From Acidobacteriota bacterium (GTDB lineage Bacteria > Acidobacteriota > UBA6911 > RPQK01 > JAJDTT01), in the NCBI GenBank assembly GCA_965217775.1, contig CBDCJH010000002.1, positions 6,225,850-6,289,849 of the forward strand: DNA of 64,000 nucleotides, in the 5' to 3' direction. Position 1 is the first letter of the stretch. Each line of letters opens with the position of its first letter. This document shows positions 19,863 through 31,061 of the stretch, one piece after another. The notes under the pieces are model-generated. The model saw nothing but the letters and a program-made list of their open reading frames with translations. It did not search any database and was not told where the DNA came from. The position numbers were made by a program, and so were the translations under genes.

Positions 19863-20540
19863 ATGGAAGTAGGATTCGTTGAGCTATGGGGCCATATGGG
19901 ACTTATGGCCAAAATGGTCGTGGTCGTCCTGGGCATTCAGTCCGTGTGGTCCATCGCGGTGATGGCCGAGCGGTATCTTCTGTACCGGGCGGCTCGTAAG
20001 CAGTCCCAGGAGTTTGCTCCGGCAGTCGCCGAGAGTCTCAAGAACGGAAATATCCAGGAAGCCATCGAATTGTCCGAGGTGAAGAAGAAGAGCCACCTGG
20101 CCAAGGTGGTGGCTGCGGGGTTGAACGAATTCCAGGCTCATCAATCCTCCTCGGCCACCATTTCCGGCGCGACCATTGAGGCGTCGCGGCGGGCGCTCCA
20201 GCGCGCGACGGCAGTTGGAGTCGAGGAACTCAAGCGTGGCTTGGGCGGTCTGGCCACCATTGGGGCCACCGCTCCCTTCGTCGGTCTGTTCGGCACCACG
20301 GTCGGCATCATCAATGCCTTCGCCGGCATGAGCCAAGCCGAGGACACGGGTCTGGCCGCGGTGGCCGGCGGCATCTCCGAGGCCCTGGTGGCCACGGCCA
20401 TCGGTCTCTTCGTGGCGGTTCCGGCCGTCTGGATGTACAACTATTTCACGGGAAAGATCGAGTCTTTCGTGGTGGAGATGGACAACTCTTCCTCCGAGCT
20501 CATCGATTACTTCCTGAGCCGGAGTTCCGATGGCAATTAG
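19863..20540 (+). CDS. MotA/TolQ/ExbB proton channel protein
   Basis: LATIGATAPFVGLFGT, GISEALVATAIGL. Confidence 0.92.
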   Translation: MEVGFVELWGHMGLMAKMVVVVLGIQSVWSIAVMAERYLLYRAARKQSQEFAPAVAESLKNGNIQEAIELSEVKKKSHLAKVVAAGLNEFQAHQSSSATISGATIEASRRALQRATAVGVEELKRGLGGLATIGATAPFVGLFGTTVGIINAFAGMSQAEDTGLAAVAGGISEALVATAIGLFVAVPAVWMYNYFTGKIESFVVEMDNSSSELIDYFLSRSSDGN

Positions 20541-20970
20541 TGGCGGAACAGGCGCACAGAGCGGCGTCAGCGCCGAGATCAACGTGACGCCCATGGCGGA
20601 CATCATGTTGGTGCTTCTGATCATCTTCATGATCACGACTCCGCTGTTGCAGGAAGGTGTCTTCGTCAACAAGGCGAAGGCGAAGAATGCACAGGAGGCG
20701 GAAGGCGTGGAAGCGGAAGAAGCCACCACGGTGACGGTCACTCGGGATGAGCTCATCTATATGAACAAGAGGCCGGTGGCGGACGAGGATCTGGCCGACC
20801 AGTTGGCGGAGCGGGCCGAGGTGGCCGGCGACAGGCCTCTGTTCATCAAGAGCGACGTGGCGACGTCCTACGGACGGATAGTGGAAGTGATCAATAGCGC
20901 GCGAGATTCGGGGTTTCAGAAGATCGGCCTGTTGGTGGACCGCGAGAAGGTACGGGAAAGGATATTCTGA
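20530..20970 (+). CDS. ExbD/TolR family protein
   Basis: EINVTPMADIMLVLLIIFM. Confidence 0.92.
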   Translation: MAISGGTGAQSGVSAEINVTPMADIMLVLLIIFMITTPLLQEGVFVNKAKAKNAQEAEGVEAEEATTVTVTRDELIYMNKRPVADEDLADQLAERAEVAGDRPLFIKSDVATSYGRIVEVINSARDSGFQKIGLLVDREKVRERIF

Positions 20971-20973
20971 GCC

Positions 20974-21387
20974 ATGGCGATGCAAACCACTGGCAAGGGC
21001 TCGATGTCCGACATCAATGTCACGCCCTATATCGACATCCTTCTGGTTCTCCTCATCATCTTCATGGTGATTCAGCCCACGACCCAGTACGATCTGGAGG
21101 CGCGTGTTCCCGAGAAGGCGCCTGAGGACATCCCGGAAGATGTCATCGTCAAGTCGGACGCCATTGTCGTTTCAATCGATTCCCAGGGGTTGCTGCGCAT
21201 CAACCAGGATCCGGTGACTCTGGATCAGTTGCCCAATCGATTGTTCGACATCTACAGTGCGCGGGCCAACAAGAACATGTTCATCCAAGGGGATGCGGAT
21301 CTTTCCTTCGGGGATGTGGTGCGTATCATCGACATTGCGAAGGGAGCCGGGGTGGGAGACATCGGCCTGATGACGCCGGGGGGATAG
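20974..21387 (+). CDS. ExbD/TolR family protein (second paralog)
   Basis: DINVTPYIDILLVLLIIFM. Confidence 0.92.
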   Translation: MAMQTTGKGSMSDINVTPYIDILLVLLIIFMVIQPTTQYDLEARVPEKAPEDIPEDVIVKSDAIVVSIDSQGLLRINQDPVTLDQLPNRLFDIYSARANKNMFIQGDADLSFGDVVRIIDIAKGAGVGDIGLMTPGG

Positions 21388-21453
21388 CCTTTCCTTCCGA
21401 TTCGACATCAGGCGGACTCCATGGAACCTGAAAGAGGCAGGGGCAGGATTGAG

Positions 21454-22257
21454 ATGAGTCAGATGAATAGATTCGGCTGTGTGCTGTTGGCGTTGGGCTT
21501 GGCTACGAGTGCGCTGGGCTGCAACCTCTTCACGATCCTGGACAAGCTGAGCGCCCGGGATGAACTAAACAAGGGTGTAAAGGCCTACACCAGCCAGAAG
21601 TACGACGAGGCGGTAACGCACCTGCAGAGTGCGGTGGACCTCGACCCGGAATTGATCGACGCCGAGTTGTATCTGGCCACGACCTATCGCGTCCAGTACG
21701 TGCCCGGCGGTCAGAGCATGGACAATCTTCAGATGGCCCAGAAGGCCATCCAGATCTTCGAGAGAGTCCTGGCAAAAGATCCGGCCAACGAGAGTTCCAT
21801 GGCCAACATCTCCGGTATCTACAACAGCATGGGTGACTACGATTTGGCCAAGGAGTGGTACCGGAAGCAGATGGGTGCCAATCCGAGCAATCCGGAGCCC
21901 CTGTATGGAATCGGCACCATCGACTGGCAGCTTTCCTACGATCAGACCGGTATGACCGGCGACAACGTGGAGAATCTGACCGACGAGGAGAAAGCCAAGG
22001 TCAATGCCACCGTCGATGAGGGCGTGGACGCCCTGAGGAAGGCACTCGAAATCTACCCTCAGTACACGGATGCCATGCAGTATCTGAACCTTCTGTACAG
22101 AGAGAAGGGCAAGTTGGCCGACGACGACGAAGAGAAGGCCAGCTGGGAGATGGAAGCCGACAAGCTGGCTCTGCAGGCTCTCGAGATGAAGAGAATGCAG
22201 GAAGAAGAGGCCGAGCGGGCCAAGCGCACCTTTACCGGCGCCACCGAAGGCAACTAA
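21454..22257 (+). CDS. TPR lipoprotein
   Basis: Signal peptide with ALGC lipobox; TPR helices (AVDLDP, ALEIYP). Confidence 0.75.
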   Translation: MSQMNRFGCVLLALGLATSALGCNLFTILDKLSARDELNKGVKAYTSQKYDEAVTHLQSAVDLDPELIDAELYLATTYRVQYVPGGQSMDNLQMAQKAIQIFERVLAKDPANESSMANISGIYNSMGDYDLAKEWYRKQMGANPSNPEPLYGIGTIDWQLSYDQTGMTGDNVENLTDEEKAKVNATVDEGVDALRKALEIYPQYTDAMQYLNLLYREKGKLADDDEEKASWEMEADKLALQALEMKRMQEEEAERAKRTFTGATEGN

Positions 22258-22269
22258 CCGGTCCCGCCC

Positions 22270-22435
22270 TAGCAGCCCGTGGCAAAAGTCGTCACGGCAT
22301 TCGACCGTCCCTGCATCGTGCGCGGACTGTGTTGCTATCGGCTCACATACTCCCGGTATGCTCCCTCCGTTGCGCCTTGTCCGGCGGGCGCAAGATCGGT
22401 CTCGGTGCTCGCAGGACTTTCACCACGGACTGCTA
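22270..22435. mobile_element. MITE-like hairpin element, family A copy 2
   Basis: TIR TAGCAGCCCGTGG / CCACGGACTGCTA with CTAG at both ends; colinear with 3812-3976. Confidence 0.8.
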
Positions 22436-22756
22436 GGAACCGCTCCCTGGAGTTGCATCAACCGGATTCCCTGAAACAATCCCATAGCCTGCACCTGCCG
22501 GCACTTTTCTGCCACGAGGGATCGTGGTAAAATCCGCCGTGCTTCTTCTTCGCCGGTGCCTCGAGTCGCCTGCCAACCCCTTTCGGAACCGACCCGAACC
22601 GGTTTCCACATCTGAGCCGGTCACTTTCCCCGCAGTAAACGCCTCCGGGCGGTCTCCTTCTCCGTTCCCCGTCCCTGCCAATCAGCATCCGAGAACGCCG
22701 GCCCCGCGGGTCCAACTGCGGACCGCCAAGGTGTTACAATACTGGGAACAGGTGCC

Positions 22757-24922
<2,166 letters not shown>

Positions 24923-24934
24923 CGGCCGGACGCA

Positions 24935-25177
24935 AGCCCGCATTTCTCACCAGGCCGCTATGCTTATGATGAAAAAGAACTTTTTTTCATCATTTACCCG
25001 GCTATTGCCAAGGTTTCTAGGGAACCGACTGCGCTGGGCGCGCCCTCGCTGGTCTTTTCGCCCTCAGCGCGCACATGCTCCCTCAAACGTAGTCACCACT
25101 ACGCTTTCGGTCGCGAGCACGCGCTGAGGGCGAAAATTCCGCGCGATCATCGCGCCCGCTGGTGAGAAATAGGGGCT
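24935..25177. mobile_element. MITE-like element, family B copy 2 (with internal long hairpin)
   Basis: 19-bp TIR AGCCCGCATTTCTCACCAG / CTGGTGAGAAATAGGGGCT (17/19); internal TTTTCGCCCTCAGCGCG...CGCGCTGAGGGCGAAAA. Confidence 0.8.
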
Positions 25178-25190
25178 AGGTGCGCTCCGG

Positions 25191-25388
25191 TCAGTGGATG
25201 GCGGGCTTCTGAACGCGGCCATGTTTCAGACACTTGGCGCAGACGCGGATTCGTCGGGTGGTCCCGTTGATATTGGCGCGGACCCTCTGAAGATTGGGGC
25301 TCCACTTCCGTCGGGAACGATTGTGGGCATGGGAAACGTTGTTCCCGAATTGAGGCCCTTTCCCGCAGATCTGACAAACTTTCGCCAT
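25191..25388 (-). CDS. rpmB: 50S ribosomal protein L28 (Zn-ribbon C+ form)
   Basis: CQICGK, GNNVSHAH, PNLQ, VCAKC. Confidence 0.96.
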   Translation of the reverse strand: MAKVCQICGKGPQFGNNVSHAHNRSRRKWSPNLQRVRANINGTTRRIRVCAKCLKHGRVQKPAIH

Positions 25389-25412
25389 CGTTCAATCCGT
25401 TCGCGAGGTGGA

Positions 25413-25442
25413 CTTTTACCACTCTGGCCCGGAAGCTGTCAA
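25413..25442 (-). promoter_or_regulatory. Putative rpmB promoter
   Basis: TTGACA-N18-TAAAAG with a TG extension on the minus strand. Confidence 0.45.
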
Positions 25443-25614
25443 GCCGCGGTGCCGGAGAACCGTCACCAGCTACCGGTAGAATGACCTGATCCAGATCACT
25501 CGGTTCGGCGACTCTCCCACTCCGGAACCAAGTGGCGCCATCCGCCGGTCTTCGTGTCACGGTGATGATGTCGTGGATCCATTGTGGAGTTCGTTCTAAG
25601 GGTTGGAGTCTGAG

Positions 25615-26490
25615 ATGAAGATCGCCGTCATCGGTGCGGGAACCATGGGGAGGGGCATTGCACACGTCTGTGCGGCCCACGGTCACCAGGTCTCGCTCAA
25701 GGATGTCGACTCGAAAGTTCTCAGCAACTCCATGGAGCTGATCCGGCGCGGTCTGGAGAAATCGCTGGAGCGGGAATCGGGAGAAACTGGTTCCGCCGCG
25801 ACGGTGCTGGGCCGGATCCAACCGACAACCGGTTGGGAGAATACGGCCAGATCGGAGATGGTCATCGAAGCGGTCGTGGAGATATTCGAGGTGAAGCGGG
25901 AGATCTTTCGCAAGCTGGGTGATCTTTGCGATCCTGGAGTCATTCTGGCCAGCAACACGTCGTCCATCCCCATCACCCGTCTGGCGGCCGTGACGAAACG
26001 TCCGGAGCGGGTCATAGGCATGCACTTCATGAATCCGGTCCCCAGAATGAAGCTGGTGGAGGTGATCCGAGGATTGCAGACGGATCAGGAGACGGTGGAT
26101 TCCACCGTAACGCTGGCCAAGCAACTGGAGAAGGTCCCGGTGGAGGTTCGGGATTTCCCTGGATTCGTGACCAATCGGATCCTCATGCCCATGATCAATG
26201 AGGCCGTCACGGCGTTGATGGAAGGGGTGGCCGAGGCGGAAGGCATCGATCGGATCATGCAGCTTGGAATGAACCATCCCATGGGGCCTCTACGCCTGGC
26301 CGACCTCATCGGTCTTGATGTGTGCCTCCACGTGATGGAGGTCCTGTTCGATGGTTTCAAGGATCCCAAGTATCGACCTTGCCCGTTGTTGAGACAGATG
26401 GTGGATGCCGGATGGTTGGGCCGCAAGACCGGCCGGGGGTTCTATACGTACCCGGGCCGTGGGGCTGGCCAGCCGGGTGACTCGCGTTGA
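25615..26490 (+). CDS. hbd: 3-hydroxybutyryl-CoA dehydrogenase
   Basis: GAGTMG, EAVVE, SNTSS, GMHFMNP, HPMGPL. Confidence 0.88.
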   Translation: MKIAVIGAGTMGRGIAHVCAAHGHQVSLKDVDSKVLSNSMELIRRGLEKSLERESGETGSAATVLGRIQPTTGWENTARSEMVIEAVVEIFEVKREIFRKLGDLCDPGVILASNTSSIPITRLAAVTKRPERVIGMHFMNPVPRMKLVEVIRGLQTDQETVDSTVTLAKQLEKVPVEVRDFPGFVTNRILMPMINEAVTALMEGVAEAEGIDRIMQLGMNHPMGPLRLADLIGLDVCLHVMEVLFDGFKDPKYRPCPLLRQMVDAGWLGRKTGRGFYTYPGRGAGQPGDSR

Positions 26491-26531
26491 AAGGAAGGGT
26501 GATGAAAAGAAAAATGATGGAAGGACGAGTG

Positions 26532-27557
26532 ATGGACCAGAAGCAACGGCAAAGGGCTATCGAAATGGCTCTGACCCAGATCGAACGGCAGTTCGGGAAG
26601 GGTTCGATCATGAAGATGGGGGATCGATCCACGATGGACGTTCCCGTGATCTCCTCCGGGTCCATAGCGCTGGACACGGCGCTGGGGATCGGCGGATTTC
26701 CGCGAGGGCGGGTGATCGAGGTTTACGGTCCCGAGTCCAGCGGAAAGACCACCATGGCTCTTCATGTGATCGCCGAGGCTCAGAAGACAGGGGGGACGGC
26801 GGCTTTCATCGACGCGGAACATGCCTTGGATCCCAGATATGCTGCCAATTTGGGGGTGAAGGTGAACGACCTTCTGATTTCCCAGCCCGACTATGGGGAA
26901 CAGGCCCTCGAGATTGCCGAGGTCCTGGTGCGAAGTGGGGCTCTGGACGTGGTCGTGGTCGACTCGGTTGCGGCACTGGTGCCCAAGGCGGAGCTGGAGG
27001 GCGAAATGGGCGATCCCCACATGGGACTGCAGGCCCGGCTCATGTCCCAAGCGCTCCGGAAGCTCACAGGCATCGTCTCCAAGTCGCGGACCAGCCTGGT
27101 CTTCATCAATCAGGTGCGACATAAGATCGGTGTCATGTTCGGCAACCCCGAGACCACCACCGGAGGCAGGGCCCTCAAGTTCTATTCCTCGATCCGCCTG
27201 GAAATTCGCCGGATCGCGGCCATCAAGGAGGGAGATCAGAACGTCGGGAACCGGACCCGGGCCAAGGTCGTGAAGAACAAGTTGGCGCCTCCGTTCCGTC
27301 AAGCCGAATTCGACATCGCCTTCGGTTTGGGAATCTCCAAGGAAGGGGAGCTTCTTGACCTCGCCGTGGAACAAGGGGTGGCCCAGAAGAGCGGCGCCTG
27401 GTACTCCTACGGCCGGGAGCGGCTCGGCCAGGGCCGCGAGAACGCCAAGCGGTACCTCAGGGACAACCAGGAGACGTTTCGCGAAATCGAGCGCAAGGTC
27501 AAAATCAAGCTGGGGATCATCAAGCCCCTGAAGAAGGTGGAATCGGCCGGGAAATAG
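26532..27557 (+). CDS. recA: Recombinase RecA (start may be up to 45 nt upstream)
   Basis: [34 protein letters not shown]. Confidence 0.98.
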   Translation: MDQKQRQRAIEMALTQIERQFGKGSIMKMGDRSTMDVPVISSGSIALDTALGIGGFPRGRVIEVYGPESSGKTTMALHVIAEAQKTGGTAAFIDAEHALDPRYAANLGVKVNDLLISQPDYGEQALEIAEVLVRSGALDVVVVDSVAALVPKAELEGEMGDPHMGLQARLMSQALRKLTGIVSKSRTSLVFINQVRHKIGVMFGNPETTTGGRALKFYSSIRLEIRRIAAIKEGDQNVGNRTRAKVVKNKLAPPFRQAEFDIAFGLGISKEGELLDLAVEQGVAQKSGAWYSYGRERLGQGRENAKRYLRDNQETFREIERKVKIKLGIIKPLKKVESAGK

Positions 27558-27561
27558 GGCA

Positions 27562-27624
27562 GGAGGGGGGACATCCCTGTCCCCCTCTTCATTTCGGAGG
27601 GGGGACATCCTTGTCCCCCTCTTC
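27562..27624. repeat. Two tandem REP-like palindromes
   Basis: GGAGGGGGGACATCC(C/T)TGTCCCCCTCTTC at 27562-27590 and 27596-27624. Confidence 0.7.
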
Positions 27625-27751
27625 CTCGCCGACCCGGAACCGGCGGCTGGAAATCTCCCGATCCCACACCTCCCTTCTTTCTGCCCGAACGGCGCGGGTC
27701 GAAATTCGTGGCGGCTTTCGCCGGTGGCTGCTAAGATCAGTCGGACCCGGT

Positions 27752-27826
27752 TCGGGGGTCGTCCAATTGGTAGGACAGCGGCCTTTGGAGCCGCCGATCC
27801 AGGTTCGAGTCCTGGCCCCCGAGCCA
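27752..27826 (+). tRNA. tRNA-Gln(TTG)
   Basis: Acceptor TCGGGGG/CCCCCGA, anticodon arm GCGGC-CTTTGGA-GCCGC, GGTTCGAGTCC, encoded CCA. Confidence 0.96.
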
Positions 27827-27891
27827 CTTTACTCTTCTCTTGAATCGGGTGCCGTATCGGCTGACGATTCCGCGCCGTACCGAAGCGGGAA

Positions 27892-29670
27892 TCAGCCGTG
27901 GTGGCCCTTCAGCGAGATCTCTCCCACGAAGCCTCTGGCGCCCCGTCTCAGCAGGGAGAACGTGTAGAGACCCGCCAGCAGGATCAGGCAAAGGAGTTCC
28001 AGGTTCGAGGGAGAGCCGGTCGCGGGACCCTCCAGTGCCGTGGCCTCGCCTGGGGGCAGGATCGCGTTGGTCAGGTAACCCAGAGTCACCGAGAGCAGGA
28101 TGATGGTGGCGCTGAAGCAGAAGGCGATCTTGCGTCCGTGGAGTCGCGCCAGGACACCGAAGGTGGTCACGTTGGTGGCCGGTCCGGTCAAGAGAAAGGC
28201 CAGCGCGGCACCGGGTGAGACACCCTTCGCCAAGAGGACCGCGACGAACGGGGTGGCGCTGGACGCGCAGACGTAGGTGGGGAGCCCAAGTATTGCGAAT
28301 GCCGGGATCTCCAGCGCCGCGGGCAGCCGATTGAGCCAATTGGTCGGCAGGAACGCCTCCACCACGGCCGCCAGGATCAGGCCGAAGACGATCCAGGGCG
28401 CGGTGTGGTCGACGGCGTCTCCGAATCCGTTCGAGAGACCCTGCCGGATTTTCTGACCCAAGGGGTGGGAGGCCCGGCTTCCAGGAGATTCCGCCACCTC
28501 AAGCAGGCTGCTGCGCCGCGGGACCAGGCGTCCCACGATCCACCCCACCAGAAGGGCCACCAAGGCGGCGGCGACGACGCGGACGATGGTCATCTTTCCC
28601 CCCAGAAGGGGGATGGAGAGAAGGACCGCATCGAGTCCCAGCTCCGGAGTGGAGATGAGAAATGCCATGGCGGCCGTGGCCGGAGCGCCATTCCGGACCA
28701 GCGTCCGATAAAGGGGGACCACGCCGCAGGAGCAGATGGGGAAGGGCAGCCCGACGGCCATTCCCCGCATCGCCTGGTTCCACTGCCGGCCCCGGCGCAT
28801 CCAGGCGATGGAAGATCGGGTCAGGAAAGAACTCATGAATCCCGCAACCAGGTAGGCGATCAGCAGTGCGGGAGCCCCCTTCAGAGCCAACTGGAAAAAG
28901 GTCGAGACGATTCGCTCGCCTGCGGCCGCGTGAGGGAGATGTTCGAACCGAAATAGTGCCGCCAGCAGTGCTACTCCCAGCAGCGAGCCCAAACCCGGGA
29001 ACCATCTCTGCATTCCGGATCCGGCAGGGACGAGGTTGCTGATCTTGGTCCTCGTCTGGTGCAGGGTCACATGCAGCAAGAAACCTGCCACGAGCGCCTG
29101 GAACCAATCCCCGCCTTGGCCGTTCAAACCGGCTATGACTGCAGGCCCCCAGAAGAAGCCCAAGCCGGTGGCGAGCATGATGGGCACCATGGCGGCGGCC
29201 GCTATCCAGGAACCGTATCCGGGCCGGAGAAGGCACCAGATTGTGAGGCCCACCGGGAAACGGTGCAGGATGATAGCCAGGGGGAGATAATTCCCGCCGG
29301 CTTCGGCACCGGAGGCGCGGGCGCTGAGGGCGCCGCCGTCCGTCACCGCGTGGATGCAGAGTCCCAGCAAGCCCAGAATCAGGGCCGTCACATGCGCCCG
29401 GTTCGCTTCCTTGGGGAAGAACCGCTCGGTCAAGCTGGGAACGAGCACGCCCACCAGTCCGAAGAAGACGGCCTCCCAGTGGCCTCGGGAGAGGATCGGC
29501 AGCAGGATGCTCAAGAACAGCACACCGGGCATGGTCACGAAGATGAACCCATCCAGGAGGATCAGCATCCTCGCATGGGCTCGGACCAGGTAGCAGATCA
29601 GCGGCCCCAGACAGAGACTCAGGAAGCAGGCCAGCAGCAGCTGAAATTCGCCGGGGCCCAAATCTCCCAT
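27892..29670 (-). CDS. Fused permease: N-terminal ZIP-like domain plus DUF318/ArsP-like permease
   Basis: N-half HAVTDG, ILHRFPVG, GFLLHV; C-half PICSCGVVP, FLISTPE, YVCASSATP, GPATN. Confidence 0.75.
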   Translation of the reverse strand: MGDLGPGEFQLLLACFLSLCLGPLICYLVRAHARMLILLDGFIFVTMPGVLFLSILLPILSRGHWEAVFFGLVGVLVPSLTERFFPKEANRAHVTALILGLLGLCIHAVTDGGALSARASGAEAGGNYLPLAIILHRFPVGLTIWCLLRPGYGSWIAAAAMVPIMLATGLGFFWGPAVIAGLNGQGGDWFQALVAGFLLHVTLHQTRTKISNLVPAGSGMQRWFPGLGSLLGVALLAALFRFEHLPHAAAGERIVSTFFQLALKGAPALLIAYLVAGFMSSFLTRSSIAWMRRGRQWNQAMRGMAVGLPFPICSCGVVPLYRTLVRNGAPATAAMAFLISTPELGLDAVLLSIPLLGGKMTIVRVVAAALVALLVGWIVGRLVPRRSSLLEVAESPGSRASHPLGQKIRQGLSNGFGDAVDHTAPWIVFGLILAAVVEAFLPTNWLNRLPAALEIPAFAILGLPTYVCASSATPFVAVLLAKGVSPGAALAFLLTGPATNVTTFGVLARLHGRKIAFCFSATIILLSVTLGYLTNAILPPGEATALEGPATGSPSNLELLCLILLAGLYTFSLLRRGARGFVGEISLKGHHG

Positions 29671-29893
29671 CCAGCCTGTTGACACGACCGATACGCTCCT
29701 GTCGCTAACCCGTCCGGCATTTGGATTATATCTTGTTCGGGACGGCATGCCCGCCGGCGCCGGATTGATTTCATGGATGCTGTGGAAGGGTCGGAGGAGC
29801 CGGATTCGGAGATCAATCCAGATTCGAAATGATTCTCAGATCGGGAGAATTAGACGTCCAAAGCTGGTAGTTTTCGTCCAGGAGCGTGAACCT

Positions 29894-31024
29894 ATGATGC
29901 GACCGCCATCGCTGTTCCCCACCACCGTCGTCGGCAGCCTTCCCCGCCCCCAATGGGTCATGGACCTCTTCGCCCAGGAGATTTCGGGGCAGGTCGATCC
30001 GGAAACCTTCCAGTCCCGCTTGGACAGCGCGGTCCTTTACGCCATCCAGCTTCAAGAAATGGCCGGGGTCGACATCATCAGCGATGGCGAATATCGGCGT
30101 GAAAGCTACGTCAAGATCTTTGCCCAACAGGTGGGGGGATTCGAGCGGGACCTTCTGGACGGCTCGGCGATTCTGGACGACGGCCAGTTCTACGACAGCC
30201 GGGCTCGGCGGGTGGTGGCTCCCTCGCAGGCCGAGTCTCCTCTTCGCTATCCGGCGGTGGTCCGGCCCATCGAGGCCGGCCGACCGGTGGTCCTGGAAGA
30301 GGCCAGGTTTCTGATGACCCACACTTCGCTGCCGGTCAAGGTGACCCTGCCCTCGCCCTACATTCTGGCCCGGCGTCTCTGGCACCCCGACTTCTCGCGG
30401 GAGGCCTACCCGACACGCCAGGATTTCCTGAACGACATCATTCCGGTCCTGCGCCGGGAAGTCCGTGAGTTGGAGGCCCTGGGCGTCTATTTCATCCAGT
30501 TGGACGATCCTTGGCTCTCGCTCTTCGTGGACGAAGGCTACCGGAGCCATTTCGAGGCGGTGGAGCGGGAGATCCATACCAGCATCGACTGCATCAACCA
30601 GGTCGTATCAGGAATCCGGCAGGCCAAGACCGGAGTCCACTTCTGCCGGGCCCACTACAACCGGAAGACCGGGTTTCGGGGAGACTATTCCTATCTCCTG
30701 CCTTACCTGGAAGACCTTCGAGTCGACCAATTGGTCATGGAGTTCGCCCTGCCCAACGCCGGATCACTGTCGGTTCTGGAGGCGTTTCCGGAGCATCTGG
30801 AATTGGGACTGGGTTGCGTCGACGTCCGGGCCGAGGAGATTCCTCCACCCGGCCGGATCGTGGAGATGGTTCGCCGCGCGGCCCGTTACGTGGGACGCGA
30901 CCGGATCACACTGAATCCCGACTGTGGATTCGCTCCCTCGAACACCAACCCGATTCCCCTGGACGAAGCGTACCGCAAGCTCAAGGCCATGGCCGAAGCG
31001 GCCCGCCGGCTGAGAGACGAGTAA
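29894..31024 (+). CDS. Cobalamin-independent methionine synthase II (single-barrel MetE-like) protein
   Basis: TTVVGSLPRP, SDGEYRR, HFC, MEF, NPDCGF zinc ligands. Confidence 0.85.
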   Translation: MMRPPSLFPTTVVGSLPRPQWVMDLFAQEISGQVDPETFQSRLDSAVLYAIQLQEMAGVDIISDGEYRRESYVKIFAQQVGGFERDLLDGSAILDDGQFYDSRARRVVAPSQAESPLRYPAVVRPIEAGRPVVLEEARFLMTHTSLPVKVTLPSPYILARRLWHPDFSREAYPTRQDFLNDIIPVLRREVRELEALGVYFIQLDDPWLSLFVDEGYRSHFEAVEREIHTSIDCINQVVSGIRQAKTGVHFCRAHYNRKTGFRGDYSYLLPYLEDLRVDQLVMEFALPNAGSLSVLEAFPEHLELGLGCVDVRAEEIPPPGRIVEMVRRAARYVGRDRITLNPDCGFAPSNTNPIPLDEAYRKLKAMAEAARRLRDE

Positions 31025-31061
31025 CGGAGTGAGAGCGGAGGGGAGAGGAGGCTTGTAGCAG

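Noticed and set aside
25443-25614. LexA box upstream of hbd-recA (also checked upstream of uvrA)
   Set aside because: I could not find a GTTC-N7-GTTC, CTGT-N8-ACAG or GAAC-N4-GTTC site by eye.
27562-27624. Possible mini CRISPR array
   Set aside because: Only two units with a 5-nt spacer and no cas genes; fits REP-like palindromes better.
27752-27900. tRNA-Gln as the attachment site of an integrated island
   Set aside because: Accessory genes start here, but I saw no integrase, no duplicated tRNA 3' end and no compositional shift.
29671-29893. SAM or cobalamin riboswitch before the MetE-like gene
   Set aside because: No recognisable SAM-I/II or B12 core; only one inverted repeat is visible.
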